Assembly: GCA_030167145.1 (NCBI GenBank)
Contig: CP126532.1
Coordinates: 3,180,001 to 3,212,000, forward strand
Length of the DNA stretch: 32,000 nt
Direction of reading: 5' to 3'
Source of the DNA: Ktedonobacterales bacterium
GTDB lineage: Bacteria; Chloroflexota; Ktedonobacteria; Ktedonobacterales; JADMIN01
Shown: one piece after another, positions 1-7,730 of the stretch
Position numbering within the stretch: the first letter of the stretch is position 1
Layout: each line of letters opens with the position of its first letter
Notes under the pieces: model-generated
Seen by the model: only the letters and a program-made list of their open reading frames with translations
Database searches by the model: none
What the model was told of the DNA's origin: nothing
Translations under genes and position numbers: made by a program

Positions 1-2
1 GC

Positions 3-1400
3 TTCGGCGCGGGTGAATTGATTCTGCCGTTCGTGCTGCAATCCGCCGAGGTGATGAAGAAGTCCGTCGCCCACCTCGAACACTATCTCGAACGCACCGA
101 GGGCTACACCAAAGGCCGCGTCGTGCTGGCCACCGTCTTCGGCGACGTGCATGACATCGGCAAAAACCTCGTCAACACCATCCTCTCCAACAACGGCTAC
201 ACCGTCTACGACCTGGGCAAGCAGGTGCCGCTCAACACGATCATTGATAAAGCGCTTGAAGTCAACGCCGATGCCATTGGCCTCTCCGCCCTGCTGGTCA
301 GCACCTCCAAGCAGATGCCGCTCTGCGTGCAAGAACTGGACCGCCGCCAACTCGATATTCCGGTCATCGTCGGCGGCGCGGCGATCAATCGCGCCTATGG
401 TCGCCGCATTCTCTTCGTTGGCGAGAACAGCTCCGCGCATCCCTTCAGCCCCGGCGTCTACTATGCCCGCGACGCCTTCGAGGGCCTTGAATTGATGGAT
501 GCGCTGATGAATCCCGACCAGCGCCCCGCGCTCGTAGATCGTGTGCGCAGCGAAGCCCTCACCGCCCGCGAAGCCGAAGCGCGCCGCCAGGCAGCGAGTA
601 CCGCCACCTCTGCCATCCCGGCTGAGCGCCCGCAGGTTGCGCCTGCCCCCGCCGTGACGCCCCCGTTCTGGGGGCCGCGCCTGCTCGACCGCGTCGCCGT
701 CGAAGACGTAGCGCGCTGCCTCGATATGAACGCGCTCTATCGCGGACGCTGGGGCGGCGTTGCCCACGGCGACGAATACACCCGCCTCGTCAACGAACAA
801 TTCGCCCCGCGTCTTGAGCGGATGCTGCGCGAGGCGCGGCAGCGCCGCTGGCTGCATCCCCGCGCGGTCTACGGCTACTTCCCCACCCGCCCAGACGGCG
901 ACGTCCTGCTCGTGCTCGACCCCAACGACCACGCGCGCACCTTGGAGCGCTTCACCTTCCCGCGTCAAACCGACGGCGAACGTCTCTGTCTGGCCGACTA
1001 CTTCGCCACCCCCGATGGCGCGCCAACCGCCGTCGCCTTCCAGGTGGTGACGATGGGCGACCGCGCCTCCGAGGAAACCGCGAAGTTACAGGCGGCAGGC
1101 GACTACTCCGAAGCCTACTTCCTCCACGGCCTCAGCGTGCAAATGGCCGAAGCCATGGCCGATTACGTGAACGAGCGTGTGCGCGCCGAGCTAGGCTTCA
1201 CCGGCGAGCAGGGGCGGCGCTATAGCTGGGGCTACGCCGCTATACCAGAGCTAGCCGACCACGAGCGCGTCTTCCGTCTGCTTGGCGTCCCCGAAGCCAT
1301 CGGCGTCACCCTCACCGAGTCCTACCAGCTCGTGCCGGAGCAATCCACCGCTGCCATCATCGTGCCCCACCCTGGCGCGGTCTACTTCGCCGTCCGTTAG
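3..1400 (+). CDS. metH: Cobalamin-dependent methionine synthase, C-terminal part (B12-binding and AdoMet reactivation domains). The 5' end lies outside the window.
   Basis: The frame is open to the window edge (FGAGELILPFVLQSAEVMKK...). The B12-binding signature DxHxxG is present (GDVHDIGKNLV), followed by SxL (GLSALLVSTS) and GG (VIVGGAAI). The C-terminal activation-domain region is also typical (RYSWGYAAIPE, AIIVPHPGAVYF). Confidence 0.9.
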   Translation, partial: FGAGELILPFVLQSAEVMKKSVAHLEHYLERTEGYTKGRVVLATVFGDVHDIGKNLVNTILSNNGYTVYDLGKQVPLNTIIDKALEVNADAIGLSALLVSTSKQMPLCVQELDRRQLDIPVIVGGAAINRAYGRRILFVGENSSAHPFSPGVYYARDAFEGLELMDALMNPDQRPALVDRVRSEALTAREAEARRQAASTATSAIPAERPQVAPAPAVTPPFWGPRLLDRVAVEDVARCLDMNALYRGRWGGVAHGDEYTRLVNEQFAPRLERMLREARQRRWLHPRAVYGYFPTRPDGDVLLVLDPNDHARTLERFTFPRQTDGERLCLADYFATPDGAPTAVAFQVVTMGDRASEETAKLQAAGDYSEAYFLHGLSVQMAEAMADYVNERVRAELGFTGEQGRRYSWGYAAIPELADHERVFRLLGVPEAIGVTLTESYQLVPEQSTAAIIVPHPGAVYFAVR

Positions 1401-1420
1401 ATCGCATTCGACACGAAATA

Positions 1421-1445
1421 GCCCCCAACCGCAATGGTTGGGGGC
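1421..1445. terminator. GC-rich hairpin between the convergent metH and S53 peptidase genes, possibly a bidirectional terminator
   Basis: GCCCCCAACC-gcaat-GGTTGGGGGC forms a perfect 10-bp stem with a 5-nt loop. It lies 21 nt after the metH stop and about 40 nt after the peptidase stop. A T-rich tail is present only in the minus-strand reading (TATTTCG). Confidence 0.5.
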
Positions 1446-1483
1446 CGTAAGAATAGTAGCGCGTCTTCCGCACTACGGCTGAG

Positions 1484-3562
1484 CTACGGTTGGCTTGCCA
1501 TCGCCGGCACAAAGTTCGGCGCATTCGGCGAACCCACGCCGGTCACGTCGTCCCAGCCCGCGCCAGTCGCCAGCGAGCTATCCTGGTTGAAGGTGGGAGC
1601 GAAGAACCTGCCGCTATAGCGGCTGCCATAGTACAGCAGGAATGCACTGGCGTCACCGCTCACCGGATTGCCAACTCCCGTCGGCGGCGCGCTGACATCA
1701 TTGGTCGCGCCAGCGGGCAGCCCATAGAGGTACTGCGTCGCCAGCCCCGCCGGAGCCAGGTGGTTGTTCGCGCGCATCTGGTTGACCAGCGCCATGATGC
1801 CAGAGAAGAGCGGGCAGGCGAGGCTGGTGCCGCCATACGGCTCGATCTCTGGGCTGGTGTCGCCAACAGACTGATCGGTGATAAAGACGTTCATGCCTGT
1901 ATATGGATCTGCCAGCATCGAGACATCCGGCACCGCACGATGCGAGCCGACCACACCGAAGCCGCTGGCCGTCGCCCCGCTGATCGCGGCTTGCTGCCAG
2001 GGCTGCGCCGTAAAGTTGTAGCTCAGGCCACCGCCCGCGCCGCCGTCAAAGCCGTACACCAGCGGTGAATTGTAGTACGAGTTGCAGTTCTGCAATCCCG
2101 TCTGCTTGCTCACGGTATAGGCATAGCACGAATAGAGGCGGCTCAGGTTGGTGCCCCAGCCCGTCTCGAAGTTGTAGCTGTTGTCACCATTGAGGAAGAG
2201 ACTGGTGCCGCCAACCGCCGTGACCCACGGCGAGCTAGCGGGATAATCCACACTCTTCGCGCCACCGCACTGCGGATCGCTGGCTGGCGAAGTCGCTTCG
2301 TCACCGCAGTCGCCAGAAGAGAAGCTCACGCCGATGCCCTCAGCAGCGGCCTGCATGAAGATGCGCTCGTCGCGGCTGGCTTGGCCAGGATCCATCAGAT
2401 CCGCAGCGAGACCCCAGCTATTCGAGACGATGTCGGCATAGTGGTGAATCACCACCCAGTTGACCGCCTCGTCCAGGTCGGCATAGTTGTTCGGCGACGC
2501 CACCAGCACGATCTTCGCCCCCGGCGCCATCGCATGCACCGCCTCAACATCCAGCGTCACCTCAGCCTGCCAGCCCAGCGGATCCTGCGCGCGGCTTTCA
2601 GGATGATTCACCGTGCCCGGCGGCGACACGATCTGGAAGTTCTGGCCCTCCACCAACTTCGGCAGCCCATAGGCCGCTGAATAGGCGTTGGCGTCGGTCA
2701 GGATCGTCGAGCTGCCGTAGGCGTCCACAATCGCCACCGTCTGCCCCGTGCCGTCAATGCCCTGCGCGATCAGCTTATCTACGCCATAGGCTTTTTGCAG
2801 TTGGGTCGCGCCGTAGCCGCAGGGAACAAAGCCGGTGTAGGTCGGCGTGGAGGTCGTCTTGCCAGTTGTCTGGTCCACCACCTTCAGCGTCTTGCTCGTC
2901 GTCAAACCGCCGCACAGCACCTGCCAGATCACCGAGTTATTCGGGGCTGTGCCGTCGCCGCCGCCCTGTGCCGGGCGTTGAATGAACGGCGCATAGTCGC
3001 TGGAATTGTCCAGTCCAGTGATGTTGGCGATGTTGCCGCCTGCCGGGTCATTCACGCTCGGATCAGCAGCATTAGAGCGATAGGTCTGGTTGTCGTAGCT
3101 GTAGTTGTTAATCTGGACGTGGAACGCCTTTTCCGCCTGGTCCACCGTTCCAGACACCTTCACATAGAAGTTATTCTCAGCCGCCCCCAGCACCGTAAAG
3201 CCGTGCGCCGACAGGAAGTTCTCGACCGAATTCAACTCCTGCGACGTGGGCGAATAGTTCGCGTTGAATTGGCTCTGGCTCACGAACTGATGATAGCTCC
3301 CGCTGCCCGGCGTGTACATGTCGTGCAACTGCTGCTGGAGTTGCCCCTCGTTGTGCAGCCGCAGCCACACCGTCAGAGTCAGCGTCTCCGTAGCATCAGT
3401 CGCGCCCAGGTTCTGCGCCTTGCTGACCCAGCCGGGCGTGTTGCCGCTCATGGTGTAGGTGGTGGTCTGGCTGGCGTAGACCGTCACCCCTAGCACCGAG
3501 AGGGTGAGCGCAATGGCCAGGATTGCGCCGAGAATCGCGAACGTTCGTGTCTTTCTGGTCAT
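1484..3562 (-). CDS. Secreted S53-family (sedolisin/kumamolisin-type) serine-carboxyl peptidase with an N-terminal pro-domain
   Basis: 692 aa. It has an N-terminal hydrophobic anchor or signal (FAILGAILAIALTLSVLGV). A pro-kumamolisin-like activation segment is present (TLTVWLRLHNEGQLQQQL...YHQFVSQSQFNANYSPT...FLSAHGFTV). SSGDCGDE and the catalytic-serine motif GGTSLACPLFSGIMALV are also present. A GGAAGG SD lies 6 nt before the ATG. Confidence 0.9.
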   Translation of the reverse strand: MTRKTRTFAILGAILAIALTLSVLGVTVYASQTTTYTMSGNTPGWVSKAQNLGATDATETLTLTVWLRLHNEGQLQQQLHDMYTPGSGSYHQFVSQSQFNANYSPTSQELNSVENFLSAHGFTVLGAAENNFYVKVSGTVDQAEKAFHVQINNYSYDNQTYRSNAADPSVNDPAGGNIANITGLDNSSDYAPFIQRPAQGGGDGTAPNNSVIWQVLCGGLTTSKTLKVVDQTTGKTTSTPTYTGFVPCGYGATQLQKAYGVDKLIAQGIDGTGQTVAIVDAYGSSTILTDANAYSAAYGLPKLVEGQNFQIVSPPGTVNHPESRAQDPLGWQAEVTLDVEAVHAMAPGAKIVLVASPNNYADLDEAVNWVVIHHYADIVSNSWGLAADLMDPGQASRDERIFMQAAAEGIGVSFSSGDCGDEATSPASDPQCGGAKSVDYPASSPWVTAVGGTSLFLNGDNSYNFETGWGTNLSRLYSCYAYTVSKQTGLQNCNSYYNSPLVYGFDGGAGGGLSYNFTAQPWQQAAISGATASGFGVVGSHRAVPDVSMLADPYTGMNVFITDQSVGDTSPEIEPYGGTSLACPLFSGIMALVNQMRANNHLAPAGLATQYLYGLPAGATNDVSAPPTGVGNPVSGDASAFLLYYGSRYSGRFFAPTFNQDSSLATGAGWDDVTGVGSPNAPNFVPAMASQP

Positions 3563-3741
3563 CTAGTGGCCTTCCGCGCTGGCTCGTTCAGCGGCCATCC
3601 TGCGGAGAGGCCGCTCCTTTCTGACAGGCGGGCGCACGTGCCGCTCTAGGTCGCGCGCCCTCGACGACAGGTCATGTACGGATTGGGAATGTCATCCACG
3701 CTGAACAACAATGCCCCATTCCGTCAATCGCGCAACCATAA

Positions 3742-4965
3742 CTACTTGAGTTGCGTCGCGCAGTAGGTGGTATTTGGACCATACGGGCTGGGACACGTGG
3801 TCGTCTGGGTGAACTGCAATGCCTGCCCGAAGTCTTTGACCATATCGGGATAGTCGCCGCCGTAGGTGTAATAGCCGCCCTGGTTCACGCTGAACCAGGG
3901 ATACCAGCAGAAGGGCGTGCCATAATTCGCCGCGCTGCAATACAGGTTGACCTCCGCCTCGCCGCCGTAATCGCTCACGGCATACCAGCTCTGCGGGCTG
4001 CTCCCATCGCCGAAGGTTACACTCGCGATCTGCAACGGATGGAAGCCCACCCACGTCGGCACGTTATAAGAGTAGCAGGGCGGCTTGGTGGCGCTCCCCG
4101 GCAAGCAGAACTGCCCCGCAGGCTGAGCGAAGTTGCTGGCGTGGCCAATTTCCCAAACGAACGCATTCGGCGCATCATCCACCAGCCCCCAGTTCAGCGC
4201 GTTGCCGATCTTCTGGACGCTATACGCTGGCATCAACGGCCCATCCACCTTGCTGTTGAGGACGATGGTTCCTGAATGGCCGGTCGTCACATCGGTGACG
4301 GTGATGTGCATGCCATCCTGGGCCGGGGTGATGTACTGGTGGTCAGTCATGGTATCGCCCGCATGCAACACCAGCGGTCCGCCGGTGGCGCTATCGGTCA
4401 GCATCGCGTTGAATGCCGCGGATTCAGAATTGCCGTGCTGCGAGACTTCCCACACCGGAGAGCATGCCGTATATACACCAGGCGCATAACTCACGTTGTA
4501 GCCGCCACCGCTGGCACAATTGCTGACCATCGCGTTCGGGTAAAATTGCAGCTCCAGGAACGCCTGCCCGCCCAGGCTATTCGGGTCGTTTACGACGCCG
4601 CCGATCCAGAAGGTCGGGCCGACGCTATCCACGGCGGTCGTGCCATCGCTCGGTAGCGCCACCGTCCAGGTAAGATTTTGCGCGGACCCCGGATGATTCG
4701 AGACCGGGTCAAGCTCAGGCTCATCATGGCCCGTGCAACTTGACGTATACCAGACGAACTCCTGCGGATGATGCCCAATGCAGAGCGATTGCCCCTGGTT
4801 GTTGCTGCTCGCGCGCTGCGCGCCAGCATGCGCGACCTGCGTAGATGCGCGAACGATGCCGCCTACCGCCAGGGCAATCACCAGAATCCCACCCACGCTG
4901 ATGGCGAGTGCGCGCTGATGGAATGTGCGCATATGCTCCCTTTCTTCTGCGTCATGAGCAAACAT
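3742..4965 (-). CDS. Secreted or membrane-anchored protein of unknown function, rich in Cys and aromatic residues
   Basis: This 407-aa ORF has strong high-GC third-position bias. It has one N-terminal hydrophobic helix (LAISVGGILVIALAVGGIV). An alternative start at 4932 (MRTFHQ...) is preceded by AAGGGAG. I recognise no family. It lies between two secreted peptidase genes on the same strand. Confidence 0.7.
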   Translation of the reverse strand: MFAHDAEEREHMRTFHQRALAISVGGILVIALAVGGIVRASTQVAHAGAQRASSNNQGQSLCIGHHPQEFVWYTSSCTGHDEPELDPVSNHPGSAQNLTWTVALPSDGTTAVDSVGPTFWIGGVVNDPNSLGGQAFLELQFYPNAMVSNCASGGGYNVSYAPGVYTACSPVWEVSQHGNSESAAFNAMLTDSATGGPLVLHAGDTMTDHQYITPAQDGMHITVTDVTTGHSGTIVLNSKVDGPLMPAYSVQKIGNALNWGLVDDAPNAFVWEIGHASNFAQPAGQFCLPGSATKPPCYSYNVPTWVGFHPLQIASVTFGDGSSPQSWYAVSDYGGEAEVNLYCSAANYGTPFCWYPWFSVNQGGYYTYGGDYPDMVKDFGQALQFTQTTTCPSPYGPNTTYCATQLK

Positions 4966-5105
4966 GGCAAGCGTTGCCTACACTTCCCCTGTCGTAGAGT
5001 TGCGAGTGAGATATGAAACGTTATGGTACTCTTGGGCGGTTGCTTATGAAAAGCGTGGAGCGGATATATGCACTTTTACTTTTTCCGGCGGACACCTTGC
5101 CTGCC

Positions 5106-5176
5106 CCGAACCCGCGTAGGCGGGTTCGGCGGCCGTAGGGGCGTCCGGTGGACGCCCGTCGCGCGGTTTCAACCGC
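5106..5176. repeat. REP-like cluster of three consecutive hairpins, a copy of a dispersed family also seen at 12049-12138
   Basis: The hairpins are CCGAACCCGC-gtag-GCGGGTTCGG (5106-5129), GGGCGTCC-ggt-GGACGCCC (5139-5157) and GCGG-tttcaa-CCGC (5163-5176). The string GCGCGGTTTCAACCGC and the AACCCGCG.AGG.GGGTT segment recur at 12049-12113. Confidence 0.6.
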
Positions 5177-5293
5177 CCGCTCTCTCGCGATGTCCGCTCT
5201 ATTTTGTAAAACCACGTATATCCGCGCGGTGGCATGAAATAACCAGAAACGCCCCAGGGTGGTGGGCGTCTCTGGGCTATCACGACTCGAAGC

Positions 5294-6079
5294 TTAGCTA
5301 TGCTTCCAGGCGACGCTAAAACTTGTGCCGCCGCCACCGAGGCCCGACGGCTGCGCCTTCACCGTGCCGCCGGAGGTTTGCATCACGATCTCATCCGGGT
5401 TGGGATTCGCACTGATAGACTGGCCGTTGGCAGTGCAATTCGAGAAATTGACCGTGCCGAAGTTCGCCAGCGGCAGCACCCCGCCAGAGCCAGAGGGCGC
5501 TTCCGCGATCCATTCAGCCGAGCCGAGCTTGGCCTTCTTCGAGGTCTGCGTCGTCGTGAAGCTCCAACCCTGCGTCGCGTCGCTGATCGTCAAGGTGAAA
5601 TGGCCAGAGCCAGTGTTCTTGACCTCAGCCGTGATCGCGTCGCCTGGCTTCACTGGATTACTCAGGTTCACCGGGAATTTCGGATACATCTCGTACCAGG
5701 CATAATAGGTCGGTGTGCCGCTAGAGCAATCGGCGTCGGTGCCCGTCTGTTCGACGGTGTTGGTGGTATCGCCGTCAATGCCGACCCAGAAGGATGAATA
5801 CGCCGTCTGACCAGATGAGCAGGAGGCCGAAGGCTGTGTCCACGAGCCTTTCACATCCGTGAATGTTCCGCCTGTGTTGGCATAGCCCGACCAGTTTGTG
5901 CTGGTAGAGTTCTTGCCGTGGTGCAGATGCAGCATCATTGGCGCCGTATGCCGACCCGTTGCCGCATGCGCCTCCGCGCCGCGCGGCGCGCCAATACCCA
6001 ATACCATCGCCACCAGGAGCGCCCCCGCGATCAGGGGGATAGGAGAGAGGCAAAGGCCGACTTTGTACACCTTGCGCAT
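5294..6079 (-). CDS. Secreted G1-family (eqolisin / scytalidoglutamic-type) glutamic peptidase
   Basis: 261 aa with a signal-like N-terminus (LIAGALLVAMVLGIGAP). The G1 hallmarks are TNWSGYA, FWVGIDGDTTNTVEQTG (candidate catalytic Gln) and SAEWIAEAP (candidate catalytic Glu). A GGAGGAG SD lies 4 nt before the ATG. Confidence 0.85.
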   Translation of the reverse strand: MRKVYKVGLCLSPIPLIAGALLVAMVLGIGAPRGAEAHAATGRHTAPMMLHLHHGKNSTSTNWSGYANTGGTFTDVKGSWTQPSASCSSGQTAYSSFWVGIDGDTTNTVEQTGTDADCSSGTPTYYAWYEMYPKFPVNLSNPVKPGDAITAEVKNTGSGHFTLTISDATQGWSFTTTQTSKKAKLGSAEWIAEAPSGSGGVLPLANFGTVNFSNCTANGQSISANPNPDEIVMQTSGGTVKAQPSGLGGGGTSFSVAWKHS

Positions 6080-6333
6080 GGATTCTCCTCCGCGTTCTAC
6101 GCGCTTCTCACTCCAGAGATAGTGCGCCGTTCAGGCCCGCACCATTGCGGGAGCCTGAGCCACCCTGTGCGCTGCCCCTCTGGTGTATCCAGTGTACTCC
6201 CGCTGTCAACACGTCCCCATGCTATAGATCACAACCGCCGTCTAGCCGATGCGGCGCGGCACGCGCTTTGCTCCCACAGAACATGAAAGACCAATCTGAG
6301 CGCATAAAGGTAACGCCAGTGAGGAGGTATATC

Positions 6334-6837
6334 ATGGCTGGCACGGGAACCAACAATGACGACTACATCCGCAGCGAAGATGAGGAACTGCGGCTTGGCT
6401 TGCCCGCCGACGAACCTGCCGAAGAGTTGGCCGAGGAGGGCCAGCTCGACGTCACAGCGGCGCAGCTGCGGGCTGCCGAAACCGCGCTGCGGAACTTGGA
6501 CTGGCACAACGGCCTGACACGCGACGAGATACAGGCGCGCTATCGCGACCTGCCGCTAGGCATCTACCTGCGGCTGCCCGCATCCAAACGCTACACCTCG
6601 CCCGAAGATGTGCTGCACGAAGCGCGCATCGCCGCCAGCCGCGCCGAAGGCGAGTTCATTGGCGCGAACTCCGACATACCCGAAGCCGCCTCCATAGCCG
6701 ATGGTGGCCCTCCGGGCTGGGGCGACGCATCGGGCGTCATCACGCCCGGCGCCATACTCGAAGGCGGAAGCGCCGAAGACACCGAAGGACTTCTCCCCGG
6801 CGACGAGCCAGATACGCCCTCTGAAAGCCTGGATTGA
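6334..6837 (+). CDS. Acidic hypothetical protein (167 aa)
   Basis: A GAGGAGG SD (6321-6327) lies 6 nt before the ATG at 6334. The longer track ORF starting at 6145 has an improbable N-terminus rich in Pro, Cys and Arg. The product is Asp/Glu-rich and I recognise no family. Confidence 0.6.
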   Translation: MAGTGTNNDDYIRSEDEELRLGLPADEPAEELAEEGQLDVTAAQLRAAETALRNLDWHNGLTRDEIQARYRDLPLGIYLRLPASKRYTSPEDVLHEARIAASRAEGEFIGANSDIPEAASIADGGPPGWGDASGVITPGAILEGGSAEDTEGLLPGDEPDTPSESLD

Positions 6838-7019
6838 CCGGCACATCTGGCTTCCGCAAACTAGTGCTCACTCTAGTTCGAACTCGACACAGGTAGCCTG
6901 GTATGAACCTGGGAATCGGGCCGTGCAGGGTCACATCGCAGGCACGGGCGCCAATCATGGGCGGTGATGACACGCGGGCCATTCTTGTCTATGCTCTGTT
7001 AGAGAAGTAGAAGCCCCCA

Positions 7020-7295
7020 CCGACCCGACCAGAGCGACCATCAGTTCGTCGCGTAGTTGGGTCTGTTGGATCTGTTGGATCTGGTCGCGGTTGGCGAGGG
7101 AGTGATCGGGGATGGTGGCGAGTTCGGTGATGCGCAGGTCGGGTGGTGGCTTGCGGGTGTCGGGGGGATGACGGCGAACTCGCCGCGGCGCACGGCGGCG
7201 AACAGGTTCGTGGAGTAATCCTCGCGCACGCGGATCTCGACGGCTGGGTGGGCGCGGTGGAGTTGGCCGAGGGCGCCGCTGTACGCTGCGCGCCG
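7020..7295 (-). pseudogene. Remnant of a LysR-type regulator: a frameshifted substrate-binding-domain fragment with no HTH
   Basis: The minus-strand translation reads AAYSGALGQLHRAHPAVEIRVREDYSTNLFAAVRRGEFAVI, which fits the LysR pattern (f...yP.v.l.l.eg.s..l...l..GelDlai). It is preceded by an in-frame stop. After a C6 run (G6 at 7162-7167 on the plus strand), the sense continues only in another frame (PDLRITELATIPDHSLANRDQI...LRDELMVALVGS) and then dissolves. Confidence 0.45.
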
Positions 7296-7398
7296 CTACT
7301 TCGCGATGAGGTTGCCCCTCGCAGCGGACGATAAGGAAGCGGGCGATAAGGAAAGGAGGTTACCCACTCCTGCCCATTTACATTTTATAGCGCACAGG

Positions 7399-7434
7399 GG
7401 GGCTTGCGGCAAGCCCAGGGTCGTGTCATACAAT
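7399..7434 (+). promoter_or_regulatory. Palindromic operator-like element (RAE-like) followed by a -10-like hexamer, upstream of the rph homolog
   Basis: 7399-7417 reads GGGGCTTGCGGCAAGCCCA. Within it, 7400-7416 is a perfect 8-1-8 palindrome (GGGCTTGC-G-GCAAGCCC). TACAAT lies at 7429-7434, 12 nt after the palindrome. Confidence 0.55.
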
Positions 7435-7730
7435 CGCGGGCCGAGACCAGAAACCTACGGACATGGGAGTGGCAACGTGCGTGTGTCGTTGTCGCCGTAT
7501 GGGTCGCATGGGTATGTCGCCCCGATGGTGAGACTCGCGGGCACTCCAGGCACGCGGCGCGGCGATGCCGGCGCGCGTGCCGCCCAACTTCGCCGAGCTG
7601 CTGGCCCATGTGGGCGTGCCGCTGGTGCTGGTAGTGTCGGCCGGTCAGCCAGTGTGCCCGCTGATGACTGGGGCTGGGGTCCGGTGAGACACTGCGACGT
7701 TCTTTAGACAACGCACAAGGGAGGGAGCGG

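Noticed and set aside
6860-6960. A tRNA-like impression from AGTTCGAACT (6877-6886), which resembles a T-loop
   Set aside because: It is simply a 10-bp palindrome. I could not build an acceptor stem, a D-arm or an anticodon arm around it.
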